DNA from: Gammaproteobacteria bacterium
Lineage (GTDB): Bacteria; Pseudomonadota; Gammaproteobacteria; JAJFKG01
Direction of reading: 5' to 3'
NCBI GenBank assembly: GCA_965116795.1
Contig: OZ220716.1
Span: 458,503-522,502, forward strand
DNA: 64,000 nucleotides
The number at the start of each line of letters is the position of its first letter. Position 1 is the stretch's first letter. The position numbers and the translations under genes were made by a program. Below, piece by piece: positions 53,892-63,044 of the stretch. The notes beneath the pieces were generated by a model, which saw only the letters and a list, made by a program, of their open reading frames with translations, ran no database searches and was not told where the DNA came from.

Positions 53892-54713
53892 ATGCCTAGC
53901 AAAGATAACCAACCAACTATTCCCGCTGATATGATACCTGAACAATCTGTGGCAAGTCCGGCTAAGCCAGAGGATATTATTGATGCTGCAACGAATGATA
54001 ATTCAAAGGAAGCACCTCCAAAAGATCCTGATGAGCCAAAAAAACCCGACCTTCTTTCAGATAGCGGTGGGCAGCCACACTTGGCTGACTTTAGAAAGCA
54101 ATTAAATGATTTCTTTAACAAACAACTAAATGATGAACATGATGAATTAATGGAAAAATTCCGTTCAAATCAAAAAAATAATAAAAAACACAGCACAGAG
54201 ACACAAAATAACGAAAATAATACAGATGATGGTGATAACCAACAAGATACAGTAGATGAGATAGAGACATCTGATAACCTTCCTACCCCAACACCAGGAT
54301 CTGGTCATAGCGAAGCACTTGATGGTGAGAACGAAAATAACACAGATTATATTGATGGTGATAACCAACAAGATACAGTAGATGAGATAGAGACACTTGA
54401 TAACCTTCCTACCCCAACGCCAGAATCTAGTCAAAGCAAAGCATTTGATGGTGAAATTGGTGATACTCGTGCTCGTCAACAAGAAGCAACAGCTGCTAGC
54501 AATGAAAAAAAGGCAGAGGCAATGGATAGTGCCATGCCTTCGATGGAGACACCACCACAATCCATGGCCGGTCTCAATACGCAAGCTGCTAATGGCATGG
54601 GATCAGAAAACTTAGACCAAGCTACTCAAAGTAGTAGTACTGCTGGAAATTCAGGAAAACTAGGAGAGCTAGGAGAAATAGCTGAAGAAGCTGGCCCATT
54701 ATTGCTACTATAA
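53892..54713 (+). CDS. Hypothetical acidic, low-complexity protein with an internal ~40-aa duplication
   Basis: 273-aa ORF with AAGGGG RBS and promoter candidates; D/E/N/P/T-rich; no recognisable domain. Confidence 0.75.
   Translation: MPSKDNQPTIPADMIPEQSVASPAKPEDIIDAATNDNSKEAPPKDPDEPKKPDLLSDSGGQPHLADFRKQLNDFFNKQLNDEHDELMEKFRSNQKNNKKHSTETQNNENNTDDGDNQQDTVDEIETSDNLPTPTPGSGHSEALDGENENNTDYIDGDNQQDTVDEIETLDNLPTPTPESSQSKAFDGEIGDTRARQQEATAASNEKKAEAMDSAMPSMETPPQSMAGLNTQAANGMGSENLDQATQSSSTAGNSGKLGELGEIAEEAGPLLLL
54210..54455 (+). repeat. In-frame tandem duplication (120 bp + 126 bp)
   Basis: Units start at 54210 and 54330 (AACGAAAATAA...GATGGTGA); the second has a 6-bp TATATT insertion. Confidence 0.92.
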
Positions 54714-54877
54714 CGCGAATTCGACGAAATTATTCAGACCGCGGGGTAACGGGACAAATGATTAGCATGTTTGTTTTTTGTTTACTCAACCATTGATGAC
54801 AACATTAGGCTATTCCAGTTAGAATTAACCCTATTCAACGTGAGTTCGGCGAAATTATTCAGAATCATCTTATAGGT

Positions 54878-54994
54878 CGTCATCCCGCGGCTTGACCGCG
54901 GGATCCAGAGAATCGTGATATTAATTTGATATTCACCGTATTTTTATCTCTGGGTTTCATGCACTGGATCCCGCGGTCAAGCCGCGGGATGACG
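54878..54994. repeat. Dimeric CGTC-tagged REP-like element (RPE-4/WPE-like)
   Basis: CGTCATCCCGCGGCTTGACCGCGGGATCCAG - AT-rich spacer - CTGGATCCCGCGGTCAAGCCGCGGGATGACG. Confidence 0.9.
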
Positions 54995-55025
54995 GGAGAG
55001 AGGGCGCCGCAGGATGACGGAGAGG

Positions 55026-55069
55026 AAGGATCTGAACGAGCTCGTTCAAGGATCTGAACAAGCTCGTTC
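55026..55069. repeat. 22-bp tandem direct repeat containing a palindrome
   Basis: AAGGATCTGAACGAGCTCGTTC AAGGATCTGAACAAGCTCGTTC. Confidence 0.8.
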
Positions 55070-55182
55070 TAGGAACGGCCCTTGAGAAATAGTAGTACTT
55101 CTTTATATCCTATAATTAAGTCTGGTTCTTTTTAAAAATTTCGCCGAACTCACATTATTCAATCATCTCAATAAGGACTATT

Positions 55183-56400
55183 GTGGACATTTACTTAGTC
55201 GGTGGAGCGGTACGTGATCAATTACTTGGATTGCCTGTCACTGAGCGCGATTGGGTCGTGGTTGGTGCCACACCAGAGATGATGTTAGCCCAAGGGTTTC
55301 GCCAAGTTGGTAAAGACTTCCCAGTATTTTTGCATCCGCAAACTCATGAAGAATACGCACTAGCACGTACTGAACGTAAAGCAGGTGTTGGTTATGGCGG
55401 TTTTCAAGTACATGCATCACCAGATGTAACCTTAGAAGATGATTTAAAACGACGCGATTTAACCATTAACGCCATGGCACAAACAACCGATGGCACTATT
55501 ATTGATCCATATGGTGGCCAAACTGATTTAGCTAACCGCTGTTTGCGTCACGTATCGCCTGCATTTACTGAAGATCCGTTGCGTATTTTACGCATTGCCC
55601 GTTTTGCTGCCCGCTTTGCTGAGCATAACTTTCAAATTGCACCAGAGACAATACAATTAGTAAAGCAAATGGTTGCTAGCGGTGAATTGCAACATTTAAC
55701 CGCTGAACGCGTGTGGAAAGAATTACAACGTGTATTTTCACAAGCGCATCCAAGTGTATTTATTCAAACACTACGCGATTGTGGTGCACTGACTACATTA
55801 TTACCTGAAGTTGATAAACTCTTTGGTGTGCCTGCCTCTAAAAAATGGCATCCGGAAGTAGACAGTGGTATTCATACCGTATTAGCTATCGATCAAGCCA
55901 GTCAATTATCACATGATCCTTGCGTCGTATTTGCTGTATTGGTCCACGATGTGGGTAAAGGATTAACACCACGCACGCTGTGGCCAAAACATCCCGATCA
56001 TGAATGTAACGGTGTACCATTAGTCACCGCGATTTGCCAACGGTTACGCACACCTAAAGCATATCGTGAACTAGCCATATTAGTTTGCAAGTACCATCTG
56101 GAATGTCATCGTTCTCAAGCGTTATCCGCAGAAGCATTATTAACGTTATTAGAACAGTTAGATCCGTGGCGTCGTCATTCACGATTTTGCCAATTTTTAT
56201 TAGCATGCGAAGCAGACGCGCGTGGTTGTCAAGGCTTTGAAATGCGTGACTATCCACAAGCAAATTTTTTGAAAACCGTATATGATGTAACTTGTCAAAT
56301 AGATATGAATGCCTTATTAAAAACAGGTGCACAAGGCAAAGCACTGGCAACCGTGATACGTAACAAACGATTAGCTACCATCAAAGCAATGTTAACCTAA
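55183..56400 (+). CDS. cca: Multifunctional CCA-adding enzyme (with HD domain)
   Basis: YLVGGAVRD, VGKDFPVFLHP, EYALARTERK, RRDLTINA, EDPLR.LR, HPEVDSGIH, HD.GK. Confidence 0.96.
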   Translation: MDIYLVGGAVRDQLLGLPVTERDWVVVGATPEMMLAQGFRQVGKDFPVFLHPQTHEEYALARTERKAGVGYGGFQVHASPDVTLEDDLKRRDLTINAMAQTTDGTIIDPYGGQTDLANRCLRHVSPAFTEDPLRILRIARFAARFAEHNFQIAPETIQLVKQMVASGELQHLTAERVWKELQRVFSQAHPSVFIQTLRDCGALTTLLPEVDKLFGVPASKKWHPEVDSGIHTVLAIDQASQLSHDPCVVFAVLVHDVGKGLTPRTLWPKHPDHECNGVPLVTAICQRLRTPKAYRELAILVCKYHLECHRSQALSAEALLTLLEQLDPWRRHSRFCQFLLACEADARGCQGFEMRDYPQANFLKTVYDVTCQIDMNALLKTGAQGKALATVIRNKRLATIKAMLT

Positions 56401-56500
56401 TCGATTACGTCATACAGCACTAATTAAGTTTGCAATGCAAAACAAAATCTACTAGGATACGCAACGTTATTAATCAACAATATATTTATCATTTTTCTTT

Positions 56501-57598
56501 ATGCGCGTTTTATTAGTTAAATTATCATCTATGGGCGACGTAATTCATGCCCTACCTGCACTAACTGATGCAAAGCAAGCCATTCCCGATATTCAATTTG
56601 ATTGGGTAATCGATGAAAACTTTCACGAAATTGCTAATTGGCATCCTAGCGTTAATCGCATTATCAAAAGTGCACATCGACGCTGGCGCAGTAATATACG
56701 CCACGTCATGTCTAATGGCGAACTACGTCAATTTTACCGTACACTACGTCAATGTGATTACGACCTTATATTAGATGCACAAGGGAATTTTAAAAGTGCA
56801 TTGATTACACGTTTAGCACAAAGCAAAACACGTGCTGGCTTAGATAAAGCCAGTGCTGCTGAACGTATTGCCAGCTTGGCATATCAAAAACACTATCACG
56901 TTAAAAAAGGCAATCACGCCATTGATCGTTTACGTGAATTATTTGCAAAGGCACTAAATTATTCCATACCGAATACACCGGCTGACTTTGCAATCGGGCA
57001 TGATAAGTTAATGCCACTTGCCATTTCATTACCAGAAAATTATTTGGTATTTGTACCGAATGCGAGCTGGGAAAGTAAGTGGTGGCCAGAAGCCTATTGG
57101 CAAGCATTAATTAAACGTGCACAAGAAGACAATATGCACGTGGTAATCCCTTGGGGTAGTGTATTAGAAAAAGAACGTGCGCAGCGTTTAGCAACCAATC
57201 AAAATAATGTTATATTGCTACCTAAAGTAACATTATCGCAAGCAGCATATGTTATTGCACATGCCAAAGCAGCTGTGTGTGTTGATACTGGGTTAGGGCA
57301 TTTAGCTGCTGCGTTAAATATTCCTGCAATCAGTTTATATGGTGCAACCAATCCCGGTTTAACCGGGGCTGTGGGTAACAATCAATTACACTTACATGCT
57401 GATTTTCCCTGTGCACCTTGCTATCAGAAACAATGTAGTTATACAAAACCCAGTAGTCAACAACCAGCTTGCTTTACTACATTGCCGCCTGATCTAGTCT
57501 GGGAAAAACTAATCGGATTACTAGGGCCTATTTACAATTCAGATTCTTTGTATCCGTCATCCCATGGCCAAGCTCATAAGTCTTTACACAAATTTTAG
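56501..57598 (+). CDS. waaC: LPS heptosyltransferase I
   Basis: VKLSSMGDVIHALPALTD, DAQG..KSA, HAIDR.R.LFA, K.WP, PWG...E, VDTGLGHLAAA. Confidence 0.92.
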   Translation: MRVLLVKLSSMGDVIHALPALTDAKQAIPDIQFDWVIDENFHEIANWHPSVNRIIKSAHRRWRSNIRHVMSNGELRQFYRTLRQCDYDLILDAQGNFKSALITRLAQSKTRAGLDKASAAERIASLAYQKHYHVKKGNHAIDRLRELFAKALNYSIPNTPADFAIGHDKLMPLAISLPENYLVFVPNASWESKWWPEAYWQALIKRAQEDNMHVVIPWGSVLEKERAQRLATNQNNVILLPKVTLSQAAYVIAHAKAAVCVDTGLGHLAAALNIPAISLYGATNPGLTGAVGNNQLHLHADFPCAPCYQKQCSYTKPSSQQPACFTTLPPDLVWEKLIGLLGPIYNSDSLYPSSHGQAHKSLHKF

Positions 57599-57649
57599 TA
57601 AACAAACCAAACATGTTGGCTAGGTAGGAAATTAATATTATCTCTCCCT

Positions 57650-57781
57650 TGTACCCGTCATCCCGCGACTTGATCGCGGGATCCAGAGAATAGAGCAGAT
57701 GACTTTAATATTTATACTGTTTTTCTAATACTGAGTTTTGTTCCCTGGATCCCGCGATCAAGTCGCGGGATGACGGGTACA
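57650..57781. repeat. Dimeric CGTC-tagged REP-like element with perfect 37-bp inverted arms
   Basis: TGTACCCGTCATCCCGCGACTTGATCGCGGGATCCAG and its exact reverse complement; spacer alignable with that of the 54878 copy. Confidence 0.92.
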
Positions 57782-57845
57782 GAAGGATTTTTAATTCCGT
57801 TCTCTTAATTTTATTCATCGCAATAAATTGCAAACGGACCCTAAA

Positions 57846-58685
57846 TTAATCATCGAATAATTGTTGCTTACGCACAATATGCTTAGCAATGTTGCGCCCA
57901 TAAAAAATCTCTAGCATTTCACGCTTTAATTGGTGTTTTATTTGCAGCAACTCAGCACGATTAAATTCGTCTTCACCGGTACCAAATAAATAATTATCTA
58001 ATACGAATTCTTTCAATAACATTTTTACGTGAAAGATATTTTCTTGATAAACATTAACATCGATCATTTGATAATGTTTGCGTGTATCTTTCGACATGTA
58101 ATGTTGAATCGAATTAATATCATGATCGATAAATAATTTCTTGCCATTGACATCCCGGGTAAAACCGCGCACTCGATAATCAACAGTAGCAATATCAGAC
58201 TCAAAACTATGTAACAAAAAATTAAGTGCTTTTAGCGGTGAAATCACTCCGCAGGTAGATACATCAATATCAGCACGAAACGTACTAATACCGTTATCCG
58301 GATGACTTTCTGGGTAAGTATGTACTGTAATGTGACTTTTATCTAAATGTGACACCACTGCATCTGGTAATGGGCCAGGCGCTTCTTTATTTAATGCAGA
58401 CTTTTCTGTTGGTGAACTCGTTGTTTCTTCAGCAATGAGCATGGTCACACTAGCACCTTGCGGTTCATAATCCTGATAAGAAATGTTTAAAATAGTTGCA
58501 CCGATGATCTCAACCACTTTAGTTAAGATGCCAGTTAAACGTTCAGCGTTATACATTTCATCAATATATTGAATGTATTCCTTGCAATGTTGGCGAGTTT
58601 TAGCATAACAAATATCGTAAACATTAAAACTTAATGTTTTAGTTAAATTGTTAAATCCATGTAGCTTTAATCTTTTTTTCACCAC
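57846..58685 (-). CDS. speD: S-adenosylmethionine decarboxylase proenzyme (E. coli type)
   Basis: [51 protein letters not shown]. Confidence 0.96.
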   Translation of the reverse strand: MVKKRLKLHGFNNLTKTLSFNVYDICYAKTRQHCKEYIQYIDEMYNAERLTGILTKVVEIIGATILNISYQDYEPQGASVTMLIAEETTSSPTEKSALNKEAPGPLPDAVVSHLDKSHITVHTYPESHPDNGISTFRADIDVSTCGVISPLKALNFLLHSFESDIATVDYRVRGFTRDVNGKKLFIDHDINSIQHYMSKDTRKHYQMIDVNVYQENIFHVKMLLKEFVLDNYLFGTGEDEFNRAELLQIKHQLKREMLEIFYGRNIAKHIVRKQQLFDD

Positions 58686-58886
58686 AGGCCTCTACGCTAA
58701 TTTAGGCTTAAAAAGGGCGGCTATTATAACAAATCAACTTAGAAACACCAGGGATCATGGATGCACTGTGGTAAAATTTTCACACGAAAATAGGGATGGA
58801 ATTCAAGATGTTATCTCACCCGGCGTAGTTGTCAGCGAAGTCGCGGCTGGCTTAGCGATTTCTGGAATGACAGTGTTAAGTGTTAA

Positions 58887-60335
58887 TTATCCCAGTAAAT
58901 CTTTAACCTGGATAATTTTCATTGCATTGGTACGGCCATGCACACCGATTAAATCACCTTTGGTTAAGATCACTGCATCTTCATCGGTTAAGAACCCGTG
59001 TGCTTTCACCGCTAAAATAGCCTGTTTATTTAATTCGACACGTGCACACTGGGTCATATCAAATGACAGTGGATACACTCCACGATATAACGTCATCTTA
59101 CGTTGAGTACCCACATGGCGGGTTAATCCAAAAATAGGGATCCCCGATCGGATCCGCGACATCCACAATGGTGTTGATCCAGACTCTGTCAATGCAACAA
59201 TGGCAGTCACATCCATATGATTAGCGGTATACATCGCTGCCATCGCAATCGCTTCGTCGACTTGGTTAAATCGACATTCCACGCGATGACCAGATACTTG
59301 AGTCATACGTTGTTTTTCAGCACCTAAACAAATGGTATTCGCTGTTTCAATCACTTTTACTGGATGCTCACCACTGGCTGTTTCAGCAGAAAACATCACT
59401 GCATCAGTACTATCCAATATCGCATTAGCTACATCGGATACTTCAGCACGTGTTGGCACCACATTTTGAATCATCGACTCTAACATTTGTGTAGCCGTGA
59501 TCACGGCTTTATTATAAGCACGCGCTTTATGAATAATATCCTTTTGTACAGCAGGTAATTCAGCATAGCCAATTTCAACCGCCAGATCGCCTCGCGCCAC
59601 CATCACTGCATCAGCAACTTGAATAATGTCGTCAATATTAGTGACCGCTTCACTGCGCTCAATTTTAGCGATAATACCCGCTGTGCCATTTGCTTCAGCG
59701 ATTAAGTTTTTGGCTAATTGAATATCCGCCGCATCCCGCGGAAATGACACAGCAATGTAATCAACATCATGTTGTACAGCAAAGGTTAAATCATCACGAT
59801 CTTTATCGGTTAATGCCGGCGCACTTAACCCACCACCTTGACGGTTAATCCCTTTATTGTTTGACAACACCCCACCGGCTTCTACTTTGCACTGAATAAT
59901 GTGTTGCTCAACATTAATAATCCGCAATTGAATTAAACCATCATCTAGCAATAATAAATCATTTGGTTTAACATCGTTGGGCAGTGCTTTGTAATCAATG
60001 CCAACAGCATGTTGATCACCTGCATCATCGGCCAACTGTGGATCCAAACAAAATTTATCGCCTTCTGTTAAAGTAATACTGCCTACTTTAAACCGTGTAA
60101 TACGAATTTTAGGACCTTGCAGATCAGCTAAGATCCCGATGGTTTTTTTTAATTGTTGACTAATGGTGCGCACACGCTGCATACGCTGCAATTGTTGTTG
60201 TTGGGTACCATGAGAAAAGTTTAAACGTACTAAATCGACACCCGCTGCTAATAAATCTTGCAAAATTGCATCATCATCTGTTGCTGGCCCCAAGGTAGCA
60301 ATCAGTTTAGTGCGACGTAATGTTAATGACGTCAT
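58887..60335 (-). CDS. pykA: Pyruvate kinase II
   Basis: RRTK..ATLGPA, RLNFSHG, DLQGPKIR, GGGLSA.ALT.KD, AKIER, MVARGDL, ATQM.ESM. Confidence 0.93.
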   Translation of the reverse strand: MTSLTLRRTKLIATLGPATDDDAILQDLLAAGVDLVRLNFSHGTQQQQLQRMQRVRTISQQLKKTIGILADLQGPKIRITRFKVGSITLTEGDKFCLDPQLADDAGDQHAVGIDYKALPNDVKPNDLLLLDDGLIQLRIINVEQHIIQCKVEAGGVLSNNKGINRQGGGLSAPALTDKDRDDLTFAVQHDVDYIAVSFPRDAADIQLAKNLIAEANGTAGIIAKIERSEAVTNIDDIIQVADAVMVARGDLAVEIGYAELPAVQKDIIHKARAYNKAVITATQMLESMIQNVVPTRAEVSDVANAILDSTDAVMFSAETASGEHPVKVIETANTICLGAEKQRMTQVSGHRVECRFNQVDEAIAMAAMYTANHMDVTAIVALTESGSTPLWMSRIRSGIPIFGLTRHVGTQRKMTLYRGVYPLSFDMTQCARVELNKQAILAVKAHGFLTDEDAVILTKGDLIGVHGRTNAMKIIQVKDLLG

Positions 60336-61525
60336 GTTGATTGTCCTTTTTCAACAAGCACAGCAATCGCTGGCAATAACTTACCTTCTAAATATTCTAA
60401 AAAAGCCCCACCACCCGTAGAAATATAAGACATTGCCGATTGTAATCCTGCCATTTCAATCGCTGCTAATGTATCGCCACCGCCTACCATTGAGAATGCA
60501 GAAGATGATGCTACTGCTTGTGCAATGGCTAATGTGCCTGTGGCAAAGTGTGCACACTCAAACACACCAACAGGACCATTCCATACAATGGTACCTGCAT
60601 TAGCAATGCTTGTTTCATATTGTTTAATTGTTTGTGGGCCAATATCTACGATCATGTCAGGTTCCACTACAGCATCGACCATCTTTGTCGTTGGAATTGC
60701 AGTATCAGTAATCTCAGTGGCCACTACAACATCGCTGGGTAACAACAATGTTGTGCCATGTTGTTCAGCTTGGATCAATAAGCGTTTAGCATCAGCCAAC
60801 AATTCTGTTTCACACAGTGAACAACCAACCGGCTTACCACTTGCAGCTAAAAACGTATTAGCCATACCACCACCAATGATCAATTGATCAACTTTCGTGA
60901 TTAAATGTGCTAGCACTTGTAATTTGCTAGATACTTTCGCACCACCAACAATCGCTAATAATGGGTGTGCCGGATCTTGTAATGCGTTGGCTAAGGCTTC
61001 TAATTCACTTGTTAATAATGGGCCTGCACACGCAATCGGAGCAAACTTAGCTACCCCACACGTTGATGCATGCGCACGGTGCACTGTTGCAAACGCATCC
61101 ATTATAAATACATCACATAATGCCGCCATGCGTTGTGATAACGCAACATCATTTGCTTTTTCACCCACATTGAAACGTACATTTTCTAATAAAAGAATAT
61201 GATCATTGGTTCTAGGTAATTGTTCTGGGTGAATGGCCCAATCGCGGTATAATTCCACTGGGCATTGCATTAATTCACTTAAACGTTGCGCCACCGGTTG
61301 CAATGACAATGTTTCATCAAATACCCCTTCTTGTGGACGTCCTAAATGGGATAGAATCATTACTTGTGCAGGTTGCTGAGATAAAATCTGTTTAATCCCT
61401 GGGATCGCTGCTTGCAAACGCAAGTCACTTTTTACCTTACCATCACGGATCGGCACGTTAAAATCTTCTCGAATTAAGACACGCTTATCACGCAAATTGA
61501 TATCAGCTAATTTTAAAATCGACAT
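60332..61525 (-). CDS. pgk: Phosphoglycerate kinase
   Basis: RVLIREDFNVP, SHLGRP, LENVRF, HRAHAS, GGAKVS.K, WNGPVGVFE, STGGGAFLE. Confidence 0.97.
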   Translation of the reverse strand: MSILKLADINLRDKRVLIREDFNVPIRDGKVKSDLRLQAAIPGIKQILSQQPAQVMILSHLGRPQEGVFDETLSLQPVAQRLSELMQCPVELYRDWAIHPEQLPRTNDHILLLENVRFNVGEKANDVALSQRMAALCDVFIMDAFATVHRAHASTCGVAKFAPIACAGPLLTSELEALANALQDPAHPLLAIVGGAKVSSKLQVLAHLITKVDQLIIGGGMANTFLAASGKPVGCSLCETELLADAKRLLIQAEQHGTTLLLPSDVVVATEITDTAIPTTKMVDAVVEPDMIVDIGPQTIKQYETSIANAGTIVWNGPVGVFECAHFATGTLAIAQAVASSSAFSMVGGGDTLAAIEMAGLQSAMSYISTGGGAFLEYLEGKLLPAIAVLVEKGQST

Positions 61526-61600
61526 ATGTTTCCTTGCTATGCAAACTACAAAAATGATCAGCAGCGTAGAAGATTAGCATAAAACGCCACTTTCGTCAGC

Positions 61601-61666
61601 TATACTCTTCGCGATTTGAATTTAGGCGCAGCCAACAAAGCATAAATTTAAATCGCGAAGAGTATA
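61601..61666 (+). repeat. Internally deleted ERIC-like element (66 bp)
   Basis: TATACTCTTCGCGATTTGAATTTAGGC-GCAGCCAACAAAGCATAAATTTAAATCGCGAAGAGTATA. Confidence 0.85.
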
Positions 61667-61675
61667 TAATGGCAA

Positions 61676-62902
61676 TTAGAAATGTTTCGCAATATCTTCC
61701 CAATGGCGATGCAATGCATCGTATAATGGTGTAGGAACAGCAATATTACTAATAACATTTGGCCACGTATCACTAGCTTGCTGCACAATTTCTAAAACGA
61801 TTTGTTTAATGTGTTTTTTATCCAAATCACAATGTTCAGCTAACGATTGAAAATCAGCTAATGTTACCTTGCTAAATTGGCGAACACCATTAATAGGCAA
61901 TGCTAATTCATGTGTTTGTGTGTATAACAACGTGGAAAATGGCTGTAATAAAGGGGAAATGCGCGGCGTGTTATCGTCAGAATATATAATGGCAAAACGG
62001 TTAAGATCAGCATGTGCATTACCAATTAACAAATGAAATACCATCTGTGAAATCACTGTGCGTAACGCTAACCTTTCATCTTTAAAATAAGTTTGAATAA
62101 ACGATAATATGTCAGCAAATGTAGCTGGCTTTGCTAAATCAATTCCAACCATCCCCATTGCCTGTGCCATTGTTTCTGCATGAATAGGTATGCCATTGAT
62201 TTCATCGCGATCAACGCGCCCCATAATCAACGTGTTCTGTTCGTGTAAACCCGGGATATCTTTCGGTAATTTAATATTATCAACTTTAAAACAAGCAGGT
62301 GTTGCTAAACCAATTGCATTAGCTAAATGACTCATTAAATAGACATTGTCAACAAAAAACGGTTCATTTTGACTAGCTAATTGCAAATAAAATTGTGCTT
62401 GCAGTGGATTACGTGCCAAAATAAATTGATCATTTTCTTGAATCATTGCCACTTTGGTATGATGGCCTGGTAATGCCATGTATTGCCACGAATTAGGAAA
62501 TTTGCCTAATCGAATTTCTTCTAACATACCCATGTGACTTGTGCTATCACCACTTTGTGGTAACAATTGCACACCACCAAATACATTCCCCCCATAAATA
62601 CTGAGAAATAAAAAGGTATCTTCTGGTTTAATTGCAAACAAATCGCATAGCCAAGCATAATAATCACCGTATGGTAACAAATATGAAAAAAACGATGGTA
62701 AACCACGATGCGTACTAACCGTTATCCCTGAATTCATACATTGTGCTTGTGCCAGACTCAGGATGGGCTTGTCATTGCCAAGTGCTAAATAGTCTTCTGA
62801 AAAGGTAAATCTGGCTGCTTCTGTTGGCGTTGCAGCTGGTATCAATTGACCAATACGGGTATTTTTCACAAAAACGCAGATGTGATCGCTCATGCTATCC
62901 AT
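61676..62902 (-). CDS. HipA-like protein (N-terminal HipA-coupled region + kinase-like domain), degenerate active site
   Basis: IGQL...F.F..DY...P.LSL, LPSFFS.LLP.G, G.N..G.V, LA..IGL, R.DR, IH.E.M.Q.MG, F.LLIGN; DxHxKN and YD motifs missing. Confidence 0.75.
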   Translation of the reverse strand: MDSMSDHICVFVKNTRIGQLIPAATPTEAARFTFSEDYLALGNDKPILSLAQAQCMNSGITVSTHRGLPSFFSYLLPYGDYYAWLCDLFAIKPEDTFLFLSIYGGNVFGGVQLLPQSGDSTSHMGMLEEIRLGKFPNSWQYMALPGHHTKVAMIQENDQFILARNPLQAQFYLQLASQNEPFFVDNVYLMSHLANAIGLATPACFKVDNIKLPKDIPGLHEQNTLIMGRVDRDEINGIPIHAETMAQAMGMVGIDLAKPATFADILSFIQTYFKDERLALRTVISQMVFHLLIGNAHADLNRFAIIYSDDNTPRISPLLQPFSTLLYTQTHELALPINGVRQFSKVTLADFQSLAEHCDLDKKHIKQIVLEIVQQASDTWPNVISNIAVPTPLYDALHRHWEDIAKHF

Positions 62903-63044
62903 GCCGTCATGTTACAAATCGATTCATTGGCATTAAGTGTAAAGGATGAATAAGATAACAGCAAATTCAAATTCACTATTTAATAGGTTTACTAATAACC
63001 CATTTTTATGAAAAAATATCACCTGGTACCCAAGGAGACATAGC

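Larger units (their letters stand above)
54840..55153. mobile_element. Composite MITE-like element with 17-bp inverted ends (IS982-like termini, tentative)
   Basis: GTGAGTTCGGCGAAATT / AATTTCGCCGAACTCAC; a degenerate extra left end lies at 54711-54738. Confidence 0.65.

Noticed and set aside
54711-55153. Possible CRISPR array (repeated ~28-bp and 22-bp units)
   Set aside because: Only two copies of each unit, no regular repeat-spacer period and no cas genes in the window
58743-58875. Degenerate REP-like remnant ending TCTGGAATGACAG between pykA and speD
   Set aside because: No convincing partner arm; too decayed to define
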